This document shows positions 34,547 to 48,229 of a DNA stretch of 64,000 bases, piece after piece (positions within the stretch are counted from its first letter, which is position 1; each line of letters starts with the position of its first letter). The position numbers were made by a program, and so were the translations under genes. Source of the DNA: Mobula birostris. Its lineage: Eukaryota. Where the stretch lies: the NCBI RefSeq assembly GCF_030028105.1, contig NC_092379.1, positions 20,933,309 through 20,997,308 of the forward strand, given 5' to 3'. The notes below the pieces were generated by a model, which did no database searches, had not been told where the DNA came from, and saw only the letters and a program-made list of their open reading frames with translations.

Positions 34547-35047
34547 GAGGAAATGAGAGGGAAATGATGTGGATATGCAGTGAGTGTGGAGGAGCAGGAG
34601 AGTGAAAGTCCCAGGAAGAGATAAAGAGAGTGGGAGAGGAACATGGTGAAGGAAAGGAAACCCTATAAATTTTGTTTCTCTCTTGTGACTGGTACTACAC
34701 AGACTTAAACGAAACGTACAGTACAGGAGCTGATTCAGACCAATTATTTCATGCCATTGTTTATTTTCTGCAGGAACCTTCAGTCACTCCATCTTTGTGC
34801 AACTGGGTTAATTTCTCTTTCTGTTCCCTTTCCCCACATTCACTTCTGTGGGAGAGATCCACTTTCTCCCAACCCTCTGGATAAATAATACAAAATGGAT
34901 GATTAGTGATCATTTGCAATAGTTTTAATCCCCCTGAAGACTGAACCACCTTTCTCTTCCATCATATCAGGTATTTTTATCATCTGTGATGTGGAAATAT
35001 GCTTTACCCTTCAACCTTCTCATGACCCTCCTATCCAGGGTATATTT
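34546..35047 (+). repeat. Direct duplication, copy 2
   Basis: Homologous to 33215-33695. Confidence 0.9.
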
Positions 35048-36719
35048 GAGCATAAACCATTCATGTATTACTAATGAGGTCAAAAATGTCTTCCTGTTTT
35101 CACAGGAAAGAGCCCTAAAGTTGAATCCAGTACATTCCAGCATCAAGGAATGGGAGAATTTCATGGGACTGGGTAAGAGGAGAGTACAGATTGCTTTTTG
35201 TCCAAGTTAAAGCATAGGTTTCATGCCTGTATTAAGCTAGGTGAAACTTCAAGTCTGCGATGGTTGGTCTGTGTATGCTGGAGAGTTATCACTCCTGTGT
35301 ATTTGAGGCTCCTGATTCTTATGGTGTTCCTCATCAATTGAACTGGTGGATCTCCATCCCATTGGCTCAAGGTCACCTGACCTACCTGAGTCACCTTCTT
35401 ACTGGTTACCGGTTAAATGAAGTGACCCAGATGGAGTCAAATGAGGTAACAGATGGCTTCTTTGGCAGGTCTGTCATTTTACATAATAAGTAGCTACTCC
35501 TCCAAGAATGGTTTCAGATTCAGTAGGTCATTACCTTAAGTTCCTTTCATCCAAATTCAATTGCTTTGACTATCCCAGAGTAACAATCAGTTCAGAGTCC
35601 ACATAATGGGCGGAGAAAAAGACAACTGGTTTGTCTGCTTCCCCTATCCTTGATGAGACTGTAGTTTCTTCTGGAAACCAGGGTCGACCGTCAGAGTCAT
35701 TTTTCCAGTGCAAAATGTCATGTTCAAAAGGACAAAGATTTAAGCTGAGGGGTATAACATTTAAAGGAGATTTGTGGGTTGTAGTTATTACACACAGAGT
35801 GATAGGTGCCTGGAATGCACTGGCAGGAGTGGGGTGAATCAGCATGATAGGACAGTTGAGATACATTTGAAAAAGCACATGACCATTCAGGATACGGAGG
35901 GATATGGATTCTGTGCAGATAGTTCGGTTTAGATTAATTTGGTGTTGTGGTTGTCACAGTCATCATGGGCTGAAGGGCCTGTTTCTGTGCTGTACTGTTC
36001 TGTGTTGTAGGTTTACTTGAAGCTCAGTAACTATTTGTTATTAATAGCTGACAGATGTCTGAAACTCTGTGATAACATTAACACTCAGTCCTTACACTTC
36101 CTGTCAGGTTTAATTTGAGCAGGGGGCCCTCCCAGTGGAGCTGTGTTACTAAAAAGAATAAACACACTGCTTTACATATGGAAATACAATGCTAACATTG
36201 TGCTTTGCACCAACCAACAAGTTCACGTTTACCACACAGAATGAGACAAAATGAATCAAAACCAAAGGGCAAAATATGCAGAGACAGCAAGACCCTCTCC
36301 TCGTTACAGAGCATTTGTCACATGTCAGAAACAGGCTCACTGTAATGATGATTGACTGTTACTGATTGATTTATTGATTATGTAATGGGAATGGGCAGTT
36401 CAAATGTACGTACACCTGCATTTTATGTTCTGAAGCAGTTGGGAGACTCCCACCAACAACTGAAAGTGTGTTTGCTCAGACTGAGCACAGAAGTCCATCC
36501 TGATGACTGTAGTTCAGGTGATCAGATAATTGTGAATTGGCAGCAATAAAGTGGAAAAGAAGGAGAATCTAAAAGATGCCACGACTGCCTTGTCAACATT
36601 ACATCACTGGGCAGAATCCCGGTGTGACATGCTGGAGCTGATGTTTATTGATGAGAACAAGTGCGCATGCACCGATCGTGCATGCAGCCTGGTACAGCCG
36701 TTCTGATCTATTCCTACTT

Positions 36720-37487
36720 TCTTCTTCTTACTTTTTAACTTACGTTATTTTTTGTATTTTTTTTCTCACGGTAACACGTCGAAGCTGCACCCTCTCTAAC
36801 ATGCTGGTAGAGAGAGTTTTATTTGGGTTTTTTTTAGCGCTGGAAATGGGTACATCCCGACACGCGGGACAAAAGCAAGGTCGCATTGTGTATTCCAGGG
36901 ACCAGCTAATGCCGGGCGGTTTAGCGAGCAGAGCGGCGGACACCCCTGCTGAAATCCGGAGGAAAACACACAGAGGATGCAGAGGGGATTCACAAAGTTG
37001 AAGAAAAAAGACCGGGTCGTGACAACAGAGACTTATCGAGAAGAGGAGTTGGGTGGGTAATACCGTTCCAGCTGACCGGAAGTGCACTGAGAGCGGTAAG
37101 CGTAAAGGAGTTGGGTGCTTACTGATCTGGTTAACAACAGATGGTGCATTCCGGGTCATATTATGATCGAGGAACGTGTTTGTAGACCGGATTTTGAACT
37201 TTTTACTGTTGGACTTCGGCCACATTCCACCATGATACAATACTTGGCAGCACGGGAGGTCGTTCCTGCCTATGTCCATTGAACGAGCAGCTTCTCCCGT
37301 GGAGGGTCAGACACCCTGAGCCAATAGACTGGTCCTGGACTTATTTTCCATCTGGCATAGTTTGCATTTTGTTGTTTGATTGTTGGGGTCATTTGTATTG
37401 CTATACTTACACTCTATTCTTGGTTGGTGCGGCTGTAAGGAACCAAATTTCCCTCGGGATTAATAAAGTATATCTATCTATCTATCA
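36720..37487 (+). mobile_element. Internally deleted Rex1/Babar-type element
   Basis: ORF-start remnant RRKTHRGCRG joined to a 3' end ccctcgggattaataaagta with a (tcta)n tail. Confidence 0.65.
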
Positions 37488-38309
37488 AAGGCTGCCCAGT
37501 GACTGAAACAGCAACACCGACCACAATCACTGTGGATCACTGTGGGAACTGGGGGTTATCACTGGCCTGGAAGCTCCCAGGCCCGGAAGATCAAGGATAA
37601 CAAATTTACGTATTCAGAGAGAATCAATAATCTGTCATTAAATTGTCATTGAAACATTGTCAGCTGATGAGATCTGCAAGTATAGATATCTACTAATCCT
37701 TTCTTTCTGGCATTTGGACAGTAAAATGTGTAATTTTACTCTTGAAAGAGCCTTAAGCCAGTAGCCTACTGTTTGATTTTAGTGTTCACCTTGAATAAAA
37801 TAACATCACCTGAACTGGATTTGAGTTTCTTTAAACTCTCAATCACATCTGGTAAGAACAGATTGATAGATCTCACAATGTCTGTAAATAACTGTCCGCA
37901 GGAAGGTACTACCTTATTATTTTGGGATTTTTTTCCCCTTTCAGATGTTGGATTGGACTATATAATTGTTATTTTCATGTAGTTTAATTTTCTTATGCTT
38001 GTTCGCTTTTAAATAATTACCTATATACATGTAATTGTTCAGTAGTTTGCTATTGCCTTTGTATCTTCTGGAAACTGCCATTTTCAGTGGCAGGTATCAT
38101 TTTGCTCAAATAAGGACTATCTCATTGGTTAATTTAAGCACTGGATTTGAATAGAATGTCTGCTACCAGTATTCAGCCATCATAAGCAATAGGTTTTCAT
38201 GCACCTTCTTGACTTCTGAAGTACTTTGGGTTGCAAAAACATCAGGATCCAACACAAGTTTAAGTTTTGATCAACAAATCCATCAGACAGGCTGGGGAAC
38301 CCAGCATTT

Positions 38310-41300
38310 GCGGCGGCATGGTATTGTAGTGGCTAGCAAAATGCTTTCCAGTGCAGGCGACCTAGGGTTCAATTCCTATCGCTACCTGTAAACAGTTTGT
38401 AATTTAGAAACGTGGAAACATAGAGAACCTGCAGAACAATCCAGGCCTTTCAGCCCACAATGCTGTGCCAAACATGTCCTTACTTTAGAAATTACCTAGG
38501 TTTACCCTTAGCCCTCTATTTTTCACGTTCCTATCTATTTTTCAATCTCCATGTACCTATCCAGGAATTTTTTAAGAGACCCTATCGTATCCGCCTCCAC
38601 CACTGTCACTGGCAACCCATTCCACACACTCACCAACCTCTAGAGAAAAAAACTTCACCCTGACATCTCCTCTGTACCTGCTTCCAAGGACCTTAAAACT
38701 GTACATTCTCGTATTAGCCATTTCAGCCCTGGGAAAAGAAGCTTCGGACTATCCACACAATCAATGCCTCTCATCATCTTATACACCTCTATCAGGTCAC
38801 CTCTCATCCTCCATCACGCAAGGAGAGAAAGCCAAGTTCAGTCAACCTATTCTCATAAGGCATGCTCCCCAATCCAGGCAACATCCTTATAAATCTCCTT
38901 TGCACCCTTTCTATAGTTTCCACATCTTTCCTGTAGTGAGGCGACCGGAACTGAGCATAGTACTCCAAATGGGGTCTGACCAGGGTCTTATATAGCTGAA
39001 ATGTTACCTCTCAATCCCACAGTTGATGAAGGCCAATGCACCATATGTCTCCTTAACCACAGAGTCAAGCTGCGCAGTTGCTTTGACTGCGGACTCGGAC
39101 CCCAAGATCCCTCTGATACTCCACACTGCCAAGAGTCTTACCATTAATTCTATATTCTGCCATCATATTTGTATACAAAAATGAACCACCTCACACTTAT
39201 CTGGGTTGAACTACATCTGCCACTTCTCAGCCCAGTTGTATATCCTATCGATGTCCCGCTGTATCTTCTGACAGCCCTCCATACTATGCACAACACCCCC
39301 AACATTTGTGTCACCAGCAAATTTACTAACCCATCCCTCCACTTCCTCATACAGGTAATTTCTAGAGAAGACGTCCCACGACAGTTCCCTGAGGCACACC
39401 ACTGGTCACCGACCTCCATGCAGAATATGACCTGTCTACAACCACACTTTGCCTTCTGTGGGCAAGCCAATTCTGAATCCACAAAGCAATGTCCCCTTGG
39501 ATCCCATGCCTCCTTACTTTCTCAATAAGCCTTGCATGGGGTACCTAATCAAATGTCTTGCTGAAATCCATATACACCTCATCTACTGCTCTACCCTCAT
39601 CAATGTGTTTAGTCACATCCTCAAAAAATTCATTCAGGCTCGTAAGGCACGACCTGCCTTTGACAAAGCCATGCTGACTATTCCTAATTATATTATGCCT
39701 CTCCAGATGTTCATAAATCCTGCCTCTCAGGATCTTCTCCAACAACTTACCAACCAGTGATGTAAGACTCACTGGTCTATAATTTCCTGGGCTATCTCTA
39801 CTCCCTTTCTTGAATAAGGGAACAACATCTGCAACTGTCCATTCCTCCAGAACCTCTCCTGTATCCATTGGTGCTGCAAAAATCATCAGCAGAGGCTCAG
39901 TAATCTCCTCCCTTGCCTCCCACAGTAACCTGCGGTACATCTCGTCCAGTCCTGGTGACTTATCCAACTTTGTGCTTTCCAAAACCTCCAGCACAACCTG
40001 TTTTTTAATATCTATATGCTCAAGCTTTTCAGTCTGCTGTAAGTCATCCCCACAATCTCCAAGATCCATTTCCATACTGAATACTGAAGCAAAGCATTCA
40101 TTAAATACCTTTGCTATCTCCTCCGGTTCCATACACTTTTCCACTGTCACGCTTGATTGGGCCTATTCTCTCATGTCTTATCCTCTTGCTCTTCACATAC
40201 TTGTAGAAAGCCTTAGGGTTTTCCTTAATCCAGTCTACTAGGGCCTTCTCATGGCCCCTTCTGGCTCTCCTAATTTAATTCTTAAGGTCCTTCCGGCTAG
40301 CCTTATAATTTTCAAGATCTCTATCCTTATCTAGTTTTTTGAACCTTTCATAAGCTTTTCTTTTCTTGACGAGATTTACAACAGTCTTTGAACACCATGG
40401 TCCCAGTATCCTACTATCCTTTCCATGTCTCACCCGGAACGCACCTATGCAGAACGTCACATCATATATCCCCTGAACATTTGCCACATTTCTTCTGTAC
40501 ATTTCCCTGAGAACATCTATTCCCAATTTATGCTTCCAAGTACCTGCCTGATAGCCTCATATTTTCCCTAAATCCAATTAATTGCTTTCCTAACTTGTCT
40601 GTTCCTATTCCTCTTCAATGCTATGGTAAATGAGATAGAATAGTCATGACTACCTCCAAAATGCTCTCCCACTGAGAGATCTGACACCTGACCAAGTTCA
40701 TTTCCCAATATCAGATCAAGTACAATTGGGTTTTTTAAGAGACTCCTGGACAGGTACATTGAGCTCAGAAAAATTAAGGGCTATGGGCGACCCTAGGTAA
40801 TTTCTAAGGTAAGGACATGTTCAGCACAGCTTTGTGGGTTTTCTATGTTTCTAAGTACAGCCTCTCCTCTTGTAGGCTTATCTACATATTGTATCAAAAA
40901 ACCTTCCTGAACACAGCTAACAAACTCCACCCCTTCTAAACACCTTGGTCTAGGGAGATGCCGATCAACATTTGGGAAATTGAAATCTCCCACCACAACA
41001 GCCCTGTTATTGCTACACCTTTTCAGAATCTGTCTCCCCATCTGCTTCTTAATGTCTCTGTTACAATTGGGTGGGCTATAAAAAGCACCCAGTGGAGTTA
41101 TTGACCCCTCCCTGTTCCTAATGCCCACCACAGAGACTCGGTAGATAATCCCTCTATGACTTTTTCCTTTTCTGCAGCCGTGACACTATCTCTGATCAGC
41201 AGTGCACGCCCCCTCCTCCTTTGCCTCTGTCCCTGTCCTTTCTGGAACATCTAAAGCCTGGCACTCTAAGTAACCATTCCTGCCCCTGAAATATCCAGGT

Positions 41301-41640
41301 CTCTGTCATAGCCACAACATCATAGCTCCAAGTACTGATCCACGCTCTTAACTCATCCACTTTGTTCATAATACTCCTTTCATTAAATTAGACACATCTC
41401 AAGCCATTGATCTGAGCACATCCCCTCTCTATCACCTGCGTATCTTTCCTCTCACACTCCCTGAGAATGTGTGGGTTTCCGCCGGGTACTTCAGTTTCCA
41501 CTGGTTGTTACTTTAATTGGGCATTGTAAATTGTCCTGTGATTAGACTCGGATAAAATCGGGATTCCTGGGCAGTGTGGCTCGAAGGGCCAGAAGGGCCT
41601 ATTCCATGCTGTATGCCAATAAATAAATTAATTAAATAAT
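38310..41640 (+). mobile_element. HE1-like tRNA-derived V-SINE split by a 3-kb CR1 insertion
   Basis: Head ggcggcatggtattgtagtggctagc...gggttcaattcc...gtttgta (38310-38400) continues at 41461 as gtgtgggtttccgccgggtac...gaagggcc...aataaataaa. Confidence 0.7.
38402..41460 (-). mobile_element. Degenerate CR1 LINE with a nested CR1 tail at about 40725-40850
   Basis: ORF 39545..40150: KLDKSPGLD, PLFKKGSRDSPGNYRPVSLTSLVGKLLEKIL, SQHGFVKGRSCLTSL, VYMDFSKTFD. Confidence 0.9.
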
Positions 41641-42469
41641 TTACATATACTGTACTGATTTTTTTTTTAACCACGAATTCATTCTAAAATGATTCCTGAG
41701 TTTCCCCTCACCCTCCTCCATGTGGGAGTCCAGTCCTACTGTCAATTACTCTGTCTGAGGAGCTTCCTCAACAAAGTCCATGGATTCATTCTAATGAATT
41801 TAAACCTGCAGTACTGTGTCTTTCTCTTCCTCTTTAATTTAAATCCATCTTATGGATGTCATTTCCATTCCCTTCACTCTTCCATCGCTCTGTGTCTGAT
41901 GTCTCAGTGAGTCAGTAAGTCGTGGTGTAAACCATTTCAGCACATCATCACGTTGGACTGAGGCATTGCTTCCAGATTCCTCCTCTGCCCAGATACTTCC
42001 TCACCTGCTACTCCCTCTCCTTCTATGACCTGACGTCTGATTTATGCTCCTGTGAAACACCTTCTGATGATTTCCCATATTAAAGCCACACTGTCAAGGC
42101 AAGTGGTTGCTTTTGGGTAAAATTGTCCAATTATTCTGCATTGCAGACCAACCATATCCACAAATGAGCCACAAAAGTTCTTGATGATGAACGGGGGCTG
42201 AGTCCCAAGGAAGTCACATTTTCTATTAGAATGTGCAAGAGCGCAGAAAATAAAATCAGAAAACAGTGAGACAGGCAGTGTCTGGGAAAGAACATCAATC
42301 ACTGGGGATTCAGGTCTGCATTCCCCTTCAGATTGCAGTGGAGTCACACTTACCTCTTTTGATGTTTAACCCCGGGGACACTTACAAGGGCTTCTGTACC
42401 CGGACTGTACTGTTTCCTGTACAGATAGAAAGACACAGCACAGAAACAGACCCATCATCCCACCGAGTC

Positions 42470-42615
42470 TGTACTAACCATTAACCACTGTGCCTGCACT
42501 AACTATTAACCATTGATTCTGTATTAACATTAATCATTGAGTCTGTACTAACCATTAACCACCAATTCTGCATTAATCATTATTAACCACTGAATCTACA
42601 CTAACTATTAACCAC
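42470..42615 (+). repeat. Low-complexity tandem repeat (ctaactattaaccac-type units)
   Basis: Repeated attaaccac and ctaaccattaacc motifs. Confidence 0.7.
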
Positions 42616-42619
42616 CTGG

Positions 42620-45480
42620 CCTATAATTTCCTTTCTTCTGTCTCTGTCTCTTCTTAAAAAGTGGAGTGACATTTGCAATTTTTCTTTCCTCCGGAATCAT
42701 TTCTGAATCTAGTGATTGTTGAAAGATCATTACTAATACCTCCATAGTGTCTTCAGCCACACCTTTCAGAGCCCAGAGATGTCATCCATCATGTCCAGGT
42801 GACTTAACTACTTTCAGACTTTTCAGCATCCCAAGCACCTTCTCTTTACTAATAGAAATGACACTCACTTTGGACCCCTTACACTCTTGTATTTCTGATA
42901 TTCTGATGCTGTACTCCACAGTGAAGACTGACACACAAAATATTTGCTGGGTTCACCTGCCATTTCTTTGTCACATATTGCTACCTCTCCAGCGTAATTT
43001 TCCAGTGGTCCAATATCCACTCCGGTCTCTCATTTACTTGATATATATTTTAAAAATTTGTCGTATCCTCTTTTATATTATTGGCTAGCTTACCTTTATA
43101 TTTCATCTCTTCTCTCTTTGTATCTTTTTTTAGTTGCCTTCAAGTTTAAGTTCAAGTTTATTGTCATTCATCCGGGCATGAATACCCATCAATACAGACA
43201 AACAAAGCAGCATTTCTGTGGGGCCAAAGTGCAAATCATTGTACCAACAGTCACACACAGCACAAGCTACTAACCACCCTATCCACCTGTGTAGCTGCTT
43301 TCAAGGAGCTATGAACTTGGACCCCAAGATCTCTGTGCTCAGCAACACTATTAAGGACCTTGCATTTGCCCTACCAAGGGGCAGCACCTCACATTTATTG
43401 GATTAAACTCCATCTGCAATTTATCTGCCCATATCTGCAACTGATCTATATGGTGCAAAGTTCTTTGCCAGTCTTCTACATGATCAACAACTCCACAAAT
43501 CTTGGTATCATCTGCATACTTACGAACCCAACCATCTACATTTTCATCCTGGTCATTTATATACATTACAACCAGCAGAGGTACCAGCTCAGATCCCTGC
43601 GGAACACCATTGATTACAGACCTCCAGCTTGAATATGTCCCTTTGACCACTACCCTCAGTCTTTTCTGCGCTAGCTAGTTCTGAATTGAAACACACAATT
43701 CGCCACGGAGCCCATGTATCCTAATCTTCTGGATTAGTCTCCAATGAGGGTCTTTGTCAAATGCGGACAACATCCACTGCTCTACCTGGATCAAAAAACT
43801 CAGTCAAGTTGATAAGGCATGACTTGCCCTGCACAAAACCATGCTGCTCTCCCTAGTTAGGCCATGGGTTTCCAAATGATCATATATCCTATCCCTAAGA
43901 ATTTTCTCCAGCAATTTCCCTACAACTGATGTGAGACTCCCTGTTCTATAGTTGCCAGAATTTTCTTTTGCTCCCTCCTTAAATAGAGGAACAACATTAA
44001 CTAATTGCCAGTCATCAGGGACCTTGCCTGTGCCTAGAGAGGAAACAAAGATACTGGTTAAGGACACAGCAATCTTGTCTCTTGCCTCCCTCAAAAACCT
44101 GGAGTAAATCCCATCAGGCCCTGGGGACTTATCCACCTGAATACTCATTAGGAGATCCTATGCTTCCTTCTCCTTAACCTCTAAACACCCTAACATATCT
44201 ATGCACTAAGCTCTAATCTCCTGGTCCTCTGTGTCATTTTTCCTGGGAAATACTGAAGCAAAGTACTCACTATGTATCTCACTCACTTTCTCCACATCCA
44301 AGCAAATGTTCCCCTCTTTATCCTTGAGTAGCCCTACCTTCTCCCTAGTTATCCTCTTGTTCTTGATGTATGTGTAGAATACCTTGGGATTCAGCTTAAT
44401 CCAATTTAACAATCTCCTGCAATGACCATACCTGTCCTTATCTATCACTATCCTGAAAGTTAAGGAGTTGTGGTCACTGTTCCCCAACTGCTCGTCCACA
44501 GAGAGGTTGATCACCTGGCCAGGTTCATTACCCAACACCAGGACCAGTACAGCTCCTCCTCTTGTTGGACCATCTACATATTGATTTATGAAACCCCTGT
44601 GGACACACTTAACTAATTCTGCCCCATCTAATCCCCTTGCACCAAGAGGTTTCCAGTTTATATTAGTGAAATTCAAATCCCCCATGACAACCCTACTAGT
44701 TTTACACATTTCCTTAATTTGTTTACATACCTGTTCCTCAACGTCCCGGGGCTATTGAAGGGTTTGTAGTACAATCCCATCAGTGTGTTTATAACTTCCT
44801 GCTCTTGAGTTCCACCCAAATGGACACAGCGTCTGAACCCTCCATTATGTTTCCCCTCAGTGCAGCTGTGATATTGTCCCCGTTTAGTAGCGTACATCCA
44901 CCTCCCCCCTTTTATCGCCTTCCCTACCTTTTCTAAAACTTTGAAAACATTGATCACACATTCCTGCCCCTCTCTCAACTAAGTCTCTGAATTGGCCAAA
45001 ATATCATAGCTGCATGTGCTGATCCACGCTCAAAGTTCATCCGTTTTACCCACAAAGCTCCCAGCATTAAAATACAGACACTTCAAACTATCCATCCCAT
45101 CATACCAGGGTTATTTTGATTTTTCCTCTCAATACTTTCCCTGACAGCTACCTTCCTGTCCAATACTTCAGTTACTGAATTGGTTCTTGGTTTCCAGCCG
45201 CTGCAAACCTAGTTTAAACCCTCCTGAGCAGCATCAGCAAACCTCCGGCCAGGACATTCATTCCCCTCCAGTTCAGGTGGAACCCGTCTCTCTTTACAGG
45301 TCATGCCTTCCCCAGTAAAGGTCCCAGTGATCCAAGAACTTTAAATCCTGCCCCATGCACGGTCTCCTCAGCCACTCATTATTCTGTGCTATCATCCCAC
45401 TCCGGCCTGCACTAGTCTGTACATTGGGAGCAACCCGGAGATTAATATCTTGGTTATCTCGGTCCTTCTCTTCAGCCCCT
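42620..45480 (-). mobile_element. Stack of degenerate CR1 fragments
   Basis: VINGVPQGSELVPLL..YIND, KYADDTK, DKSPGPDGIY, GNYRTGSLTSVVGKLLE, VMGDLNF...SDHNSL. Confidence 0.8.
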
Positions 45481-48229
45481 TTCCTAACTCTACATATTCT
45501 TTTCTTTTTCAGTCTTTTTTATTGAGTTTCAAATTGATTAACATAACAATGATAATGATACAAAGAAATCGGGATTGCATTAATAACGGTTAAAGTATAC
45601 AGACACGGACTCTGAGTAACATATTTAATTTAAACCTCTCAATCTCTAAATAACTGAACATGAATAAGATTCAAATTTTTTTTTCACCCCCTACACTGAA
45701 AATACAAAACAAAACAAAACAGAAACTGGGCTGCCATATTTTGTCGGTTAAGATCATTACTTGTCATTAACTCCGCTCCTCTATACACAAACAAAAAGTT
45801 ATTAAAAAGGATTCAGAAAAGGTTAACTTTGATCATATGAAAATGTTGAATAAATGGCCTCCAAGTTTCTTCAAATTTAACCGAAGGATCAGTGGTACCA
45901 CTCCCAATTTTTTTTTTCCAAATTTAAACATGTTATAGTTTGGGAAAGCCATTGAGCTATAGTAGCGGGGATAGAATCTTTCCATTTAAATAAAATGAAT
46001 CTTCTGGCGATTAATGTAACAAATACAATCAAACGACAAGCTGAAGGGGACAAATGAATAAAGTCTATCATTGGTAATCCAAAAATTGCAGCAATCGGAT
46101 GAGGTTGAAAATCAATACGTAAAACTACTGAAATAATATCAAAAATGTTTTATCAAACCAGAACATATGCGTCAAGGAAGCGACCTCAGAATTACATCTG
46201 TCACAGACAGGATTTATATGACCATAAAAACGAGCTAACTTATCCTTGGACATATGCGCCCTATGAACCACCTTAAATTGTTTCAAAGCGTGTCTAGCAC
46301 ACATTGAAGAAGTGTTAACTAGTTGAAGAATTTTCTCCCATTTCTCTATGGATAAAGATACCTGAAATTCTCTTTCCCATTCATTCTTAATTTTATCAGA
46401 CATACCTAAACGTACTTTCGTAATTAAATCATAAAAAATTGCTATTAAACTCTTCTGATAGGGGTTTAAACCTAAAAAAAAATTCTGCGATTTCAGTTTG
46501 ATGTGATATCGGAAAAGTAGGTAAAATAACCTTCAAAAGGTTTCTAGTCTGTAAATATCTGAAAAAATGTGATCTAGGCAAATTATATTTATTAGACGAC
46601 TGCTCAAAGGACATGAGACAATTATCCATGAATAAATCATAAAAACATATTATTCCCTTCGTTTTCCATAAAAGAGAAGCTTGATCAGGTCTGAAAGGTT
46701 GGAAGAAAAAAATGGATATAATCGGACTTGATAGGATAAATTTATTCAATCCCCCCAAAAAAATTACGAAATCGAAACCATATTCATATTATATGTTTAA
46801 TTATTGGATTAATTGTTTGTTTATTCAGTTTAGTCAGTGCAAAGGGAAGAGAGGCCCCTAAAATAGAAGCCAATGAGAACCCCTGTATAGACTCACACTC
46901 GAGGTTCACCCATCGTGGACATTGAATCTCATCCAAATCTTGTGCCAAGACATTAGATATCGAATATTAATTGCAGAATAATAGAATCTAAAGTTCGGCA
47001 ATGCCAAACCAGCATGCTTTTTTGATTTCTGTAAATATTTCTTACTTAATCTAGGATTATTATTCTGCCATATATATGAAGAAATTTTAGAATCAATAAT
47101 TTCAAATAAGGATTTAGAGAGGAAGATTGGTACCGCCTGAAATAGATACAGAAATTTAGGTAAAATAATCATCTTAATAGCATTGAGTCGACCAATTTTT
47201 TAAGCAGTTAAGCAGTTGTTTAACATGATCAATTAAGGATAAAAAGTTAATTTTAAAAAGATCCTTATGCTTCTTAGTAATTTTAACACCAAATAATCAA
47301 AATAATCAGTAACCAGTCTAAATTGTGCTTGTCTATAGATTGGAACTTGCATATTTAATGGAAAAGCTCACTCTTAATAAGATTGAATTTATAATCAGAA
47401 AAACTACTAAACTGAGCAAGTAATAATATTACTACATGGATAGAGTTCTCTGGATTAGAGATATATAGTAACAGGTCATCTGCATATAATGATACCTTAT
47501 GCGTCTCATTCCCACGAATAATGCCAACTATATTGGGTGAATCACGAAGGCGATTGCCAAGGGCTCCAGGGCAATATCAGATAGTAAAGGGCTTAAAGGA
47601 CAGCCCTGTCCAGTACCTCAAAAAAGACTAAAAAAGGGGGATCTCTGATTATTAGTAAGTACAGAAGCCAAAGGTATATGATATATCAATTTAATCCAAG
47701 ATATGAATTTTGGGCTAAAATTAAATTTCTCTAGGATGTTAAATAAATATTCCCATCCAACTCTATCAAACGCCTTCTCGGTGTCAAGTGAAATAACACA
47801 TTCTGGAGATTTAGATGAAGAGGTATATATAATGTTCATCAACCTCCTAACATTAAAATACGAATAACGATTTTTAATAAATTCTGTCTGGTCGTCAGAA
47901 ACAATTTGTGGCAATACATTTTCCAATCTAATTGTTAATATTTTGGAAAGCATTTTGGAGTCCACACTTAACAAGGATATAGATCGATATGATGCACATT
48001 CAGTGGGGTCTTTATCTTTTTTAGGAATTAAAGAAATAGATGCTTCATATAAAGATAGTGGTAATTTACCTACAAATCAGACATCCTTAAAAAATCTACA
48101 TAACCATGGAGAAAGTAGACTTGAAAAAGATTTTAAAGATTCTACTGTATACCCATCCAGGCCGGGCGCTTTAACAGAATTCATCAAAGAAATTGCTTTC
48201 TTTATTTCTTCTTCCGTAATGGGTGCATC

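Noticed and set aside
38310-38400. tRNA gene
   Set aside because: A/B-box-like head of a SINE; no complete cloverleaf, and it continues into SINE body sequence after the CR1 insert.
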